This document shows positions 1-9,946 of a DNA stretch of 64,000 nucleotides, piece after piece. How positions within the stretch are numbered: the first letter of the stretch is position 1; the number at the start of each line of letters is the position of its first letter. The position numbers were made by a program, and so were the translations under genes. Origin of the DNA: Promethearchaeota archaeon (GTDB lineage: Archaea > Asgardarchaeota > Lokiarchaeia > Sigyniarchaeales > SOKP01); the NCBI GenBank assembly GCA_048938005.1, contig JBHLMQ010000004.1:66447-130446 (forward strand), in the 5' to 3' direction. Below the pieces are notes generated by a model. The model saw only the letters and a program-made list of their open reading frames with translations, was not told the DNA's origin and did no database searches.

Positions 1-213
1 TTTTTAGTTGATGCTTCATATAAGATCCTAAAAACTGAAAACGTTTACAAGGCTTTCTATAAGGAAGATAATTTTCATGATAACGATATAGAAATTGATC
101 TTAACTATGAAATAATAAGAAAAATACTATTTAATTGTATAATTAGCTTAATATCTAGAATTGAGGATAAGGTTAAAGGTATAAATAAGAAAGAATCTTT
201 TCGCTTTTCTTAA
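1..213 (+). CDS. 3' end of a hypothetical protein gene (partial)
   Basis: Frame 1 is open from base 1 (FLVDASYKILK...KESFRFS) to TAA at 211-213. Confidence 0.6.
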   Translation, partial: FLVDASYKILKTENVYKAFYKEDNFHDNDIEIDLNYEIIRKILFNCIISLISRIEDKVKGINKKESFRFS

Positions 214-252
214 AAATAAAAATTTTTATAATCGTATTTTTCTATATATTTA

Positions 253-559
253 TTGGGACAACAATGATGGACTATTTGCGTCATCGAGGGCACATATGAT
301 CAAAAATGATTATGTAGCGCATGAGTACGCTTACACTTGAGTTGATTAATCAATACTTTTCCTGGAAAAATGGGCTCTTAACATAGCAATGGTAAGTACC
401 ACAGCAATGAAGTTCGAGTCAGTACCCTAACAGGGAACATGATTATGTCCCAAAAAGGCATAGAAAGTAATGCCTAACACGAGAGAACATTTTCGATTTA
501 AAAGGTGTATCCTTAAAATGAGAATATAGTGTTAGTGTTTTTAGGCAAAATTCTATGCT
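253..559 (+). ncRNA. Candidate structured non-coding RNA of unknown class
   Basis: GC-richer intergenic island downstream of TATA-like TTTTATA. Closing stems TTGGGACA(253-260)/TGTCCCAA(446-453) and GCATAGAA(458-465)/TTCTATGC(551-558), several internal hairpins, no ORF. Strand inferred only from the promoter-like element. Confidence 0.5.
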
Positions 560-569
560 ATATTTTGCT

Positions 570-1040
570 TTATAACATACCCAAAGTATCAGATTTAAAT
601 AATTCCTTCATTTCTTCACCTAGATCTGCTTGATCGACTTGCAAGTACTGATTGAGGATTTTACTGATTTTTGGGGCCCACTTTTTCATGATGGCCCGAA
701 TAAATCCAATATGAGCATTTTTATCTGAACAAACACATAGCACACCTTTTCCAACTTTCATTGAAAAAATCATGCCTTCATAATATTCAGTAATTTGTAG
801 ATCAATCCCACCATAACCTAGAATTTGCCCTTGTTCCTCACCAGCTACAAAAACAGCTCCACCAATAGCTCCAATTTTTTCTACAGAAATCCCATTAGGA
901 TCTACAAATTTAAATTTTGATTGACTCAAAATTGTTATTCCTGTATCGTCGGTTATAAGAACATACTTTAATCCTGGAGTACTATTGATAATTGTAGTTA
1001 AAATCTTTTTTAATCTAAGCTCGTCCTCGGAATAACTCAA
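570..1040 (-). CDS. Roadblock/LC7 domain protein
   Basis: VLITDDTGITI...EKIGAIGGAVF...QITEYYEG pattern typical of roadblock/MglB. Confidence 0.75.
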   Translation of the reverse strand: MSYSEDELRLKKILTTIINSTPGLKYVLITDDTGITILSQSKFKFVDPNGISVEKIGAIGGAVFVAGEEQGQILGYGGIDLQITEYYEGMIFSMKVGKGVLCVCSDKNAHIGFIRAIMKKWAPKISKILNQYLQVDQADLGEEMKELFKSDTLGML

Positions 1041-1248
1041 ATATTTGTCAACCTATTAATTATTATATCTTTTAATCTCGGTTTTTTTAAGGTTTGAAAA
1101 TATTTATTTAAACCAAACTTTATATTTTTACCTTACACCTACTTTAATTAATGAAGAAATTATAAATATAAAAATTTAAGTAACCTACTTGTTTTTCTAC
1201 GGTACGCAATAAAAAATAATTTTAAACTTTTTTCAGTAAATTTAATTC

Positions 1249-1584
1249 TTAGAAAAGTTCCTGCGATTTAATTAAATTCTTTAATGGTTTCAATCGACTC
1301 TTATATTCCTTTGACTTTTCTAATAATATCAACAATTTATAATTTTTTGATTTATCTAAATTACGTTTGATTTGAACAAGTTTAGAATCTTGTATAAATT
1401 GTTTATTTTTTGTAATCGCAGACAATGCTAAAGTATTTTCAAGTATCCACAGTTTCTTAGAAATTTTTGACGCTACTGGGAAGCCATGGTTATCTGTAAT
1501 AATTCCAGCGACAAAATTGGGGAAATTTTTTTCTATCCTGTATAAAAAATAATTAACTTCATTTTCGTTTATTAAATTATCCAA
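1249..1584 (-). CDS. Roadblock/profilin-like small protein
   Basis: AGIITDNHGFPVAS motif; start moved to the TTG after a GGTG SD-like element. Confidence 0.5.
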   Translation of the reverse strand: MDNLINENEVNYFLYRIEKNFPNFVAGIITDNHGFPVASKISKKLWILENTLALSAITKNKQFIQDSKLVQIKRNLDKSKNYKLLILLEKSKEYKSRLKPLKNLIKSQELF

Positions 1585-1714
1585 TTTTATTGCACCTAAC
1601 CTATCAACATTATCTTTTTGATAGGTTAAAAATAATAAAAACAAGTCATTAAATGTTATAATATGAAGATATTACTATAAAATTCGAAATCTAATTTCAT
1701 AATTAGTCTATGTA

Positions 1715-2308
1715 TTAATCATTAGAGCTATAACGTTGTTCTTTCCACGGATCTGCTTCATTAGAATATCCATATCTTTCCCAGTATCCTAATTTATCTT
1801 TTTCTAAAAACGTTATTCTAACAACCCATTTTGCACTTTTATAAAAATAAAGATCTGGTATAACTGCTCGCACGGGCCCACCATGTTTATTGTCAATAGG
1901 AATTCCTTCATATGTTAATGCTAATAGAGCATTATCAGCTAATAATCTTTTTATTGGAACAGTTGTAGTAAAACCTTGATCGGCACAATAAAATTCAACA
2001 AAATGGGCTGTTTTTTTTGGCTTTACTAGGTTAAAAATCTTCTTAAAAGAGATTCCGCTCCATGTAGTATTAAACTTACTCCAAGAAGTAACACAATGAA
2101 TATCTTCTACAATTTCAAGATCTTGAAGTTCTTTCAAATCTTCAAGAGAATATGTTTTTTGATGCTCAATTTCTCCTTCCATCTTTAATTTATATTTCTC
2201 TCTATTAATATGAGCAATTCCTCCCTTTTGGAGTACAGGAAATCGTTCAGTTATATGTTGTCCAGGAGGTAATCTTGGTTTCTTGTGTAAATTAAAATTT
2301 TTTGTCAT
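1715..2308 (-). CDS. Sulfite oxidase-like molybdopterin oxidoreductase
   Basis: RLPPGQ, DIHCVTSWS, HGGPVR, KSAKW, GYWE..GY motifs. Confidence 0.9.
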   Translation of the reverse strand: MTKNFNLHKKPRLPPGQHITERFPVLQKGGIAHINREKYKLKMEGEIEHQKTYSLEDLKELQDLEIVEDIHCVTSWSKFNTTWSGISFKKIFNLVKPKKTAHFVEFYCADQGFTTTVPIKRLLADNALLALTYEGIPIDNKHGGPVRAVIPDLYFYKSAKWVVRITFLEKDKLGYWERYGYSNEADPWKEQRYSSND

Positions 2309-2361
2309 TAAATTACATTTAAAATTTTTCCTCAAATTGCAAAATATAAATATTTTTTTAA

Positions 2362-3333
2362 TTAATTATGGTTTTTCTTTAACGATATTCCCAAGTTAAG
2401 ATTTTCCACAAGCTCACTGAAACGATTTCGAACTGTAACTTCTGTTACACAACTTACACGAGCAATTTTTCTTTGAGTTCTTCGTTCATTATTCAGAATG
2501 CACGAAGCATATATAGCTGCTGCACAAACGCCTGTTGGACCTCTTCCAGAGGTTAATCCTCGTTCTTCTGCACTTCTAATTATTATTTTTGCCATTTTTT
2601 GGCATTTGGTTGTTAATCCTAATTCTGATATGAATCTTGAGAGAAAATCCATTGCTTTACTAGGATTTAATGCAAGCGATAATTCTTTTGAAATGAATCT
2701 AAATGATCGCCCAATTTCTTTCTTATCTACACGAGCCACTTCAGCAATTTCATTTAATGTTCGTGGAACTTTGAACATTCTACAAGCAGCATACAAACTG
2801 GCAGCTGCAACCCCTTCTATACTTCTTCCACGAATTAAATTAGCTTCAACAGCATCACGATATATTTTAGCTGAGCATTCTCGTAAATTTTTTTGAAGAT
2901 CAAGATTAGAAGCCATACGATCAAGCTCACTTAATGCAAATGTAAGGTTTCTCTCAGTTGCATCAGATACTCTAATACGACTCTGCCACTTTCGTAATCT
3001 ATATATTTGTCCTCTCAATTTAGCAGGGATTTCCTTTCCAAAAATATCTCGATTTTTCCAATCTATCATAGTACTAAGTCCCTTATCATGAATCATATAA
3101 GTCATAGGAGCTCCTGTTCGTGTTCTCTTTTTTTTCTGTTCAGCATCAAAAGCCCTCCATTCTGGACCACGATCAATGTGTTTTTCTGAATGAACTAAAC
3201 CACATTCTTCACATACTAATAATCCTCTATTTTCATCAAAAAAAATGTCTCGCCCGCATTCTGTACACAGATTGATTTCTGTGTTCTCTTCTGATGCGGA
3301 TTTCAGATCTCTCCGACTTGAAATAAAATACAC
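2362..3333 (-). CDS. tfb: Transcription initiation factor IIB
   Basis: Zn ribbon CxxC..Cxx[10 protein letters not shown], two cyclin repeats; exact start uncertain. Confidence 0.97.
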   Translation of the reverse strand: MYFISSRRDLKSASEENTEINLCTECGRDIFFDENRGLLVCEECGLVHSEKHIDRGPEWRAFDAEQKKKRTRTGAPMTYMIHDKGLSTMIDWKNRDIFGKEIPAKLRGQIYRLRKWQSRIRVSDATERNLTFALSELDRMASNLDLQKNLRECSAKIYRDAVEANLIRGRSIEGVAAASLYAACRMFKVPRTLNEIAEVARVDKKEIGRSFRFISKELSLALNPSKAMDFLSRFISELGLTTKCQKMAKIIIRSAEERGLTSGRGPTGVCAAAIYASCILNNERRTQRKIARVSCVTEVTVRNRFSELVENLNLGISLKKNHN

Positions 3334-3378
3334 CTTTTTTTAAAAATATTCTTTTATATTTAAAGACCTTCTTAAAAA

Positions 3379-3633
3379 CTAAGTTACTTTAACGAAAAAT
3401 TTGGTATTAGGGTTAAATGTTTGATTGGGTAAGGCTTTAATTGAAATGAAAGGTGACTCTATTTTACCAAATATATCTTTTATATATCCAACCTGAGTGT
3501 ACTCTTCATTAAAAACGGGTTGTTTGAATATCTTTTCTAGTTTATTATTCCATTGTTTTGCTCTAAATATTTGATGCTTTTTATTTGATTGTCCAATATA
3601 GAATAGGTTCAGTTTAACCCAGTTCTTTTTCAA
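3379..3633 (-). CDS. gar1: H/ACA RNP component Gar1/Naf1
   Basis: VGYIKDIFGKIESPFISIK motif; usual position upstream of tfb. Confidence 0.75.
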   Translation of the reverse strand: MKKNWVKLNLFYIGQSNKKHQIFRAKQWNNKLEKIFKQPVFNEEYTQVGYIKDIFGKIESPFISIKALPNQTFNPNTKFFVKVT

Positions 3634-3791
3634 GAGATCCCCTTGTTGAGTGGATGAAAATTTAATTTAAAATAAATGATGGTTGCTAATATTTAAATAT
3701 AATGGTTTTTACTCTATTTTACTACAAAAATGGAAATGAAGGATTTATTAATCTATTTAGAATTCTATCAAAAGATCACTTAATAAAAATT

Positions 3792-4892
3792 TTAGTAGAA
3801 ATTTTTCTGTAATTGATATTTTTTTCTACAATCACATTCATGTTCATTTTGATCTAATTCCTTTAAATTTTGAGTAAGAACAAAATCTTTAAGTGTTCTT
3901 TTTGCTGAATTTTCACATTCCCTCTTTAAACAATTATGGATTCCTCTTTTTGTTCCAGCTCCTGAAGGATCTGATAATATACGCACATACTTTAAATTTT
4001 CTTGAGTTATTGACTTTTTTAGGCATTTAAATAGTGAATAAAACCAAGGGGGTCGATATCTGTTTTGAAACCATAAATATTCTACAAGGGTTCCTTTTTG
4101 AATATTTAATGGATTGATTGATATGGAATTCACGTTTAAGCCTATTAATGTTTTTATTGATTTTGAACAATCATCGATAGCAGCTTGTTCATTTAGAAAT
4201 GGTGGTTTAAGCAATAAATACACCTTTACGCCAATATTATGTTCTTTACATCTATTCAGGACTTCTTTGAAATGTTTGAATAAAACTCCTTTATTTATAT
4301 AATTATTTCTAATATAATCGTCTACAGTTTCAAGTCCAATAGCAATTTCAACATATTTTTTATCCAGAAATTCACTGATTTCTTCTAATTTTTCTGAAGA
4401 TATGTATTTTAATCGCGATTCAATCACAAACTCTTTTATTTTTTCTTCTTTTGCGATTTTTCCATAGATATATTTTCTAACTTCTTCAGGTACTTCTATT
4501 TCGTCTAAGAAACTTCCAGAATTAAATATTTTTAGAACAAAATTATTAGAATCTTGTTTAATTTCATTAATTCTATTATTAAAAGCATAATCAAATTGAT
4601 TAATAATTTCTGTAGCTGAAACATCTTCTATATTGGCATCTAGATAATATCCACACATAGAACATCCCCCTGCTTCACCTAATGCCCAACTACATCCTTT
4701 AGTTCGCAAGATAATTGTGAATTCTTTTCCTATTTCATTTATAAGTCTATCTCTTTTTATCCAAAAACTGATTGGATGGTTCAATTGCTCTTCTTCAAAT
4801 TTATTCCTATTTTTTTGAGCATCTAGTTTAATCGATTTAATTTTTCCCGCGATTATTTTATTAATCTCTCTAAAAGAACTATAACTTTTCAT
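3792..4892 (-). CDS. Archaeosine biosynthesis radical SAM protein RaSEA
   Basis: LRTKGCSW...GGCSMCGY, KIFNSGSFLD, YRPPW, HNC; overlaps arcS. Confidence 0.9.
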   Translation of the reverse strand: MKSYSSFREINKIIAGKIKSIKLDAQKNRNKFEEEQLNHPISFWIKRDRLINEIGKEFTIILRTKGCSWALGEAGGCSMCGYYLDANIEDVSATEIINQFDYAFNNRINEIKQDSNNFVLKIFNSGSFLDEIEVPEEVRKYIYGKIAKEEKIKEFVIESRLKYISSEKLEEISEFLDKKYVEIAIGLETVDDYIRNNYINKGVLFKHFKEVLNRCKEHNIGVKVYLLLKPPFLNEQAAIDDCSKSIKTLIGLNVNSISINPLNIQKGTLVEYLWFQNRYRPPWFYSLFKCLKKSITQENLKYVRILSDPSGAGTKRGIHNCLKRECENSAKRTLKDFVLTQNLKELDQNEHECDCRKKYQLQKNFY

Positions 4893-6969
4893 TGATTTTT
4901 ACAATTCTCCCGCTTTTAGAATTTCTTAAAAAATTTGAACCAACAATTAAATCCCCACTCCCTATTATTTTTCTCTTTCCCTTATCTATAATAATTACTT
5001 GATTGCGTGGGATGAGATCCGAGCTATATTCTAACACACCACTTCGAAATAATGTATTTCCTTGAATTTCTTCTCCATTAAAAACGATATAGTTTGACTT
5101 AATAGCACGAGGAGATTGAATTAACCGGCTTAATCCTGTAAGCGTTACTTCAATTTGACCGGTTGAAAATCTAAAAACTCCTAATTTTTCATGAGTTTTT
5201 AAATCTATTAAATCGATCTGTTCATTAGCTCTTACTTTAATCTGTTTTAGTCCATTAGAAATGATTTTATTACCTGAACCAGCGCCAAATTGATAATCTA
5301 AGATTTTAACAAATTTCCTAATCCAAGTTTTTAAATAATATTCGTTTTTGGAGTAGCTTGTTTTTGGTTTGAATTTACTTTTATACTTATCAACTAAGTC
5401 TTCTAATGAATTGAGCGATTTAGTAGAGGTCGTTTTTTCATGAATTTTGGATAGAATAAATTCATTAGGTAATTTTGAAGAAGCCCTCTTCACAATTTCG
5501 AGATATCCATCTTTTAAATGACAGATAATGGGTATATTTGGATCATATTTTTCTATTATTTTAACTAACATCTCTGCTGTTATATTTATTTCTTCATTAT
5601 CCCATTCCCCAGTAACAGAAATATCATAAGAATTAACAGGAAAGATATTTTCCAATTGTCTTGGTATTGCTCCCAATGGTGAAGTCAAAATAAATTCTTG
5701 AAAATTTGGAAATTCTGAAAATTTTCTTATAACATTATAAAATAATTTATGTGATTTAGATTTTGAATAAGGTTTTTTAGCAGAACATGGGAGCAAAATA
5801 ATTAACGTTGTCCAAGATTCAGGTACAAAATGTTTGATTGTTCTTTCTCTAAAATGCTGGAAATCTGGTCTATTATACGATGAGGGCCCAAGACACTTTA
5901 TTTTTTTTCTTTTTTGTATTATTGGAGTTTCGTATTTGATATAATTAAAAAAATTTTTGTCCAAGATCTTTAACATTGAAATTAAATTCATATCATCAAA
6001 AGAAGACTTTTCTACAAACGCACGAAAATCCTCATAATGTAAATATTGCTTGATCTTTTTCATATAATTATTTGCTGTAATTAAATTGTGCAAACTTAGT
6101 AAATCAATCTTCTCGGCTGAATATTTATTGTCTAAAACATTGTTCAAATTACCTTTGCACGCTAAACATGAGCAGGGCAAATATTTTAATTTGTATATGG
6201 GTAGCAAATATTCTATTGTATCATAGAAGTTTTCAGCCGATAAAAACATTAGATATGAACAATCAATTAAATCTATTCCTAAGTAAATCAACAATGGATA
6301 ATATTTTGAAATTAATCTCCCAGAAGCCATAATTATTATATTATTGTCAATTTCTTTCTTAATTTTCATAATTATTTTTAAAATACTTCTAAAACTGCCT
6401 AAATTATCAAATATATCCACTAAATTCACAATTTTTAGATTTTCAAAATGTTTAATGATAGGAATATAGAAATCTAACAATTCAGCATAATCAAAAATTT
6501 TTATTGATAAACCAAAATTTAGATTTGGATAAAGGGTTAATATTTTTTCTGCTATAACGAGATAATTTTTTATTTCTTTTATCGCAAATTCTTTACTTAT
6601 ACTGGTAGTTGGAACATTGAAAGGAATAAGTGATATTATATTATCTTCAGAGAATATCTTAAAATTTTTTGTTAATATTTCTTGAAATTTTTGTATAGTT
6701 CCATGGTGTGTAAAAATAAATCCTGTATTTCTAAATTTCTCTCTTATAAATCCAATTTTCAAGAATAATTCTTTCGTAATTATGAATAAATCATGATTCT
6801 CAAACTCTTGAATAAAATTTAATTGTTTCATTAATGCACTTTTTATAGGAATAACAATGTTGGGAGTTGTAATATACAATTTTCGTTTTTTAGAAAAGAG
6901 AATTCGCCCGATTCTAGAATAACCAATCTTGCTGTTTAAAACTTCAAAGATATAAGTCATAGTTTGCAA
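4879..6969 (-). CDS. arcS: Archaeosine synthase (TGT-like N-terminus, PUA-like C-terminus)
   Basis: LPCSAKKPYSKSKSH, TSPLG.IPR, YDISVTGEW motifs. Confidence 0.85.
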   Translation of the reverse strand: MQTMTYIFEVLNSKIGYSRIGRILFSKKRKLYITTPNIVIPIKSALMKQLNFIQEFENHDLFIITKELFLKIGFIREKFRNTGFIFTHHGTIQKFQEILTKNFKIFSEDNIISLIPFNVPTTSISKEFAIKEIKNYLVIAEKILTLYPNLNFGLSIKIFDYAELLDFYIPIIKHFENLKIVNLVDIFDNLGSFRSILKIIMKIKKEIDNNIIIMASGRLISKYYPLLIYLGIDLIDCSYLMFLSAENFYDTIEYLLPIYKLKYLPCSCLACKGNLNNVLDNKYSAEKIDLLSLHNLITANNYMKKIKQYLHYEDFRAFVEKSSFDDMNLISMLKILDKNFFNYIKYETPIIQKRKKIKCLGPSSYNRPDFQHFRERTIKHFVPESWTTLIILLPCSAKKPYSKSKSHKLFYNVIRKFSEFPNFQEFILTSPLGAIPRQLENIFPVNSYDISVTGEWDNEEINITAEMLVKIIEKYDPNIPIICHLKDGYLEIVKRASSKLPNEFILSKIHEKTTSTKSLNSLEDLVDKYKSKFKPKTSYSKNEYYLKTWIRKFVKILDYQFGAGSGNKIISNGLKQIKVRANEQIDLIDLKTHEKLGVFRFSTGQIEVTLTGLSRLIQSPRAIKSNYIVFNGEEIQGNTLFRSGVLEYSSDLIPRNQVIIIDKGKRKIIGSGDLIVGSNFLRNSKSGRIVKINEKL

Positions 6970-7125
6970 TAAAAAGCATTATTATTTGTAATAAATTTTT
7001 TATACTTCAAATAATGATATTTCCTAAAATTATTAAGAATTTAGTCATTTAGAGAAATTCGTCTGCTTGAAATTTTTTACGATTTATTATTATTATTTTA
7101 TTATAAATGGTAAAAAACACCTAAC

Positions 7126-8088
7126 CTAGAAGACTAAGAAATTAGTATATGGTTTTAACTCATCTAAGACAAAATTTGTATAGGTATCTTCAATTTCTTC
7201 TGAAATATATAGATCCCTTATAAAATTTGCATAATCTTCTATCTTTTTTACTCTAACTATAGCAAAAAGGCCATATTGTTCACCAATTCTGAAGAGATCT
7301 GTAATGAAATGACTTTCTATAAGTTTTAAAGCGAGTTTATTATATTTTGAAGGATCCTGTGGTTTTATTCTAAGAATAAATTTCCCTTCATATCCTATTT
7401 TCTTAGGAGAGAAATTAATAGAATAATTAAGTATAACGCCTTTTGCTTCCTGCTTTTTTATTCTGTTATGTATTGTTGATTGAGATAATTCAACGTTATA
7501 TTGATTTTTCATTTTATCCCGGATTTCATATGTAGATATTGGTTTCTTCGATTGTTCTTCTTGTAATATCTTTAATATTAAAAAGTCATATCTATCCATA
7601 GTAAAATCAGAATCTAAATCAGCTTCATTTATTTTGATGCCGTTAGTCTTAAACACTCGTATTGTCTCGATTATATGATACTTCTTAAAATAAGATTCAG
7701 CCATAATACTATCAATTTTCTCTAATCCTTCATAATATTCTTCAGGAGATTTAAAAACTAATAATGATATTAAAGAGAAATCACCAAAAATTCCATCAAG
7801 CATTTTTAAATACGACATGTTCAATAGTTTTTTCACTATTTGGGGTTCTCTAGGGTTAGTTTTAATTTCTAGAATCACATATTTTAAGTTATGTGGTTGG
7901 ATATAAGGGTGAATATTGATTGTAATATATTCAATGATTTCTTGCTTTCTAAGAACTCTAATTTTATTTTGAATTGTTTGTCTTGTGAGTCCTAGAGCTT
8001 GAATATTTTTTGTAATAAAAAATTTGGATCTCCCACTAAACATTTTAATTAATCGAAGGGCTGTAGCCTTTTCATTAGAATTCATCAT
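7126..8088 (-). CDS. Tandem Lrp/AsnC family transcriptional regulator
   Basis: Two HTH+RAM units; divergent from ahcY. Confidence 0.85.
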   Translation of the reverse strand: MMNSNEKATALRLIKMFSGRSKFFITKNIQALGLTRQTIQNKIRVLRKQEIIEYITINIHPYIQPHNLKYVILEIKTNPREPQIVKKLLNMSYLKMLDGIFGDFSLISLLVFKSPEEYYEGLEKIDSIMAESYFKKYHIIETIRVFKTNGIKINEADLDSDFTMDRYDFLILKILQEEQSKKPISTYEIRDKMKNQYNVELSQSTIHNRIKKQEAKGVILNYSINFSPKKIGYEGKFILRIKPQDPSKYNKLALKLIESHFITDLFRIGEQYGLFAIVRVKKIEDYANFIRDLYISEEIEDTYTNFVLDELKPYTNFLVF

Positions 8089-8232
8089 TTCATTACAATT
8101 TATTATTTTTTTGTATTGTAATTAATGAATTGTTAAATAATTATTTAAAATTTCACTTATTTAATGAAAAAAAGATTAATAAATTAATTATTACTAAAAT
8201 TAGTTATAATATAAAAAATTGTGAACTTACAA

Positions 8233-9501
8233 ATGGTAAATTATAAAGTAGCTGACGAGAGCCTAGCAGAAAAAGGTAAAGAAGCTTTATATATAGCTGA
8301 AAGTAAAATGCCAGTAACTGCAAGAGTTATTCGTGAAAGATTTCAAAAAGAAAAACCATTAAAAGGTATAAAAATTGCAGGTTGTTTACATATAACAAAA
8401 GAAACTGGTAATCTTGCTCGAACTCTTAAAGCTGGTGGAGCCGAAGTATATCTCTGTGGAAGCAATCCCTTATCGACACAAGATGATGTAGCAGCAGCTT
8501 TAGTACAGGAAGGATTTAATGTTTTTGCATGGCATGGTAATACAGATGAAGAATTCTATTGGTGTATAAGACAATGTTTGGATGCTAAACCTAATATACT
8601 AATTGATGATGGTGCTGATATGATTGTAACCGCTCATCAGAAATATGAAGATCTCATAGAATCGGGTATTATATTTGCTTGTCAAGAAGAAACAACAACT
8701 GGAGTAAAAAGATTTAAAGCAATGGAGAAACAAGGGGCTTTGAAAGTCCCATTATTCCCTGTAAATGATGCCCGTTGTAAAAATCAATTTGACAATGAAT
8801 TAGGTACAGGACAAGGTATTATTTCCGCCATTTATGGTATGCATGTCTTATTTGCAGGAAAGAATGTTGTAATTGCTGGTTATGGGCATTGTTCTTCAGG
8901 AATGGCTCTCAGAGCAAGAGGATTGGGAGCTAATGTGATTGTAACTGAAGTAGATCCAATTAAAGCACTACAAGCCAAATTTGCGGGTTTTAATGTAATG
9001 CCAATTGCTGAGGCATTACCAGATTCTGATATAATTCTTACTGCGACTGGATGCAAGCATGTAATCGCCCCAACTCCTGAAATGTTTGATAAATTAAAAA
9101 ATGGAGTAATCCTTGGAAATCTTGGTCATTTTGATATTGAAATTCCTACAAAGGAACTTTATGAATATGCTAAAGAAATTAAACCAATTCGAAAACATGT
9201 TGAGGAATTAATCTTCCCCAATGGAAAGAAGGTATACTTACTAGCAAAAGGTAGATTAGCTAATCTTGTATTATCAGAAGGACACCCTAGTGAAGTAATG
9301 GATATGTCTTTTGCCTTACAATCATTAATGTCAGAATATATAGTAAAAAATAAAGACCAACTGAAGCCTGGTATGGTCAATATTCCCATTGAGATTGACG
9401 ATAGGGTAGGATTCTTAAAACTAAAATCTATGGGCATTAAGATTGATAAACTAACAGAAGAGCAATATAATTACATCCATGGCTATGAAGAAGGAACTTA
9501 A
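8233..9501 (+). CDS. ahcY: Adenosylhomocysteinase
   Basis: CLHITKET, SNPLSTQD, DDGAD, EETTTG, GHPSEVMDMSF. Confidence 0.97.
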   Translation: MVNYKVADESLAEKGKEALYIAESKMPVTARVIRERFQKEKPLKGIKIAGCLHITKETGNLARTLKAGGAEVYLCGSNPLSTQDDVAAALVQEGFNVFAWHGNTDEEFYWCIRQCLDAKPNILIDDGADMIVTAHQKYEDLIESGIIFACQEETTTGVKRFKAMEKQGALKVPLFPVNDARCKNQFDNELGTGQGIISAIYGMHVLFAGKNVVIAGYGHCSSGMALRARGLGANVIVTEVDPIKALQAKFAGFNVMPIAEALPDSDIILTATGCKHVIAPTPEMFDKLKNGVILGNLGHFDIEIPTKELYEYAKEIKPIRKHVEELIFPNGKKVYLLAKGRLANLVLSEGHPSEVMDMSFALQSLMSEYIVKNKDQLKPGMVNIPIEIDDRVGFLKLKSMGIKIDKLTEEQYNYIHGYEEGT

Positions 9502-9577
9502 TCTATTTTTTTTTATACTATATTACTTTTTTTTCCCAAATTCCTTATGTAATTCCATTGATTTATCTAAGTATATA

Positions 9578-9611
9578 AATTTAAATTAACTTTCAATTTA
9601 AATTAACTTTC
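9578..9611. repeat. 17-bp tandem duplication
   Basis: AATTTAAATTAACTTTC x2. Confidence 0.8.
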
Positions 9612-9675
9612 AATATAGCGAAATTGCATTATTTCATTGAAATGTTTCCATAGTTTTTTCATCGTATTCATACTT

Positions 9676-9853
9676 TTAACCTTCTATATTGCGGAGGAAA
9701 TCTCCAGGGTTATTAGTTTGATATACTAATACAATTATAAACCCTGAAGCGGTTATAATTGCCTTCATAAAAAGAATCAAAAACAAGATAGATCCTTCTG
9801 ATGGAGCAATATAAACTGAAAATGAATCAATCAACCAATGGCAGATTATAGCT
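9676..9853 (-). pseudogene. Possible C-terminal remnant of a membrane protein (CPBP/CAAX protease-like)
   Basis: Open frame AIICHWLIDSFSVYIAP...ILFLILF...GFIIVLVY with no canonical start upstream of the motif. Confidence 0.35.
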
Positions 9854-9946
9854 TTATTATTAATTACTTTTAATTAAAAGAAAAACTTAAATATTAAATC
9901 AACTTAATAAAGGAAAATAGAAATCTAATGTAAAAAGGTATAGAAA

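Noticed and set aside
253-559. Assignment as RNase P RNA, SRP RNA or SECIS
   Set aside because: Diagnostic motifs are not convincingly present, and the upstream gene ends in TAA with no visible Sec codon; kept as unclassified
9795-9860. Fluoride-riboswitch-like GATGGAGC...TAAAC
   Set aside because: No P1 stem and no fluoride-related gene downstream; the region reads better as an antisense gene remnant
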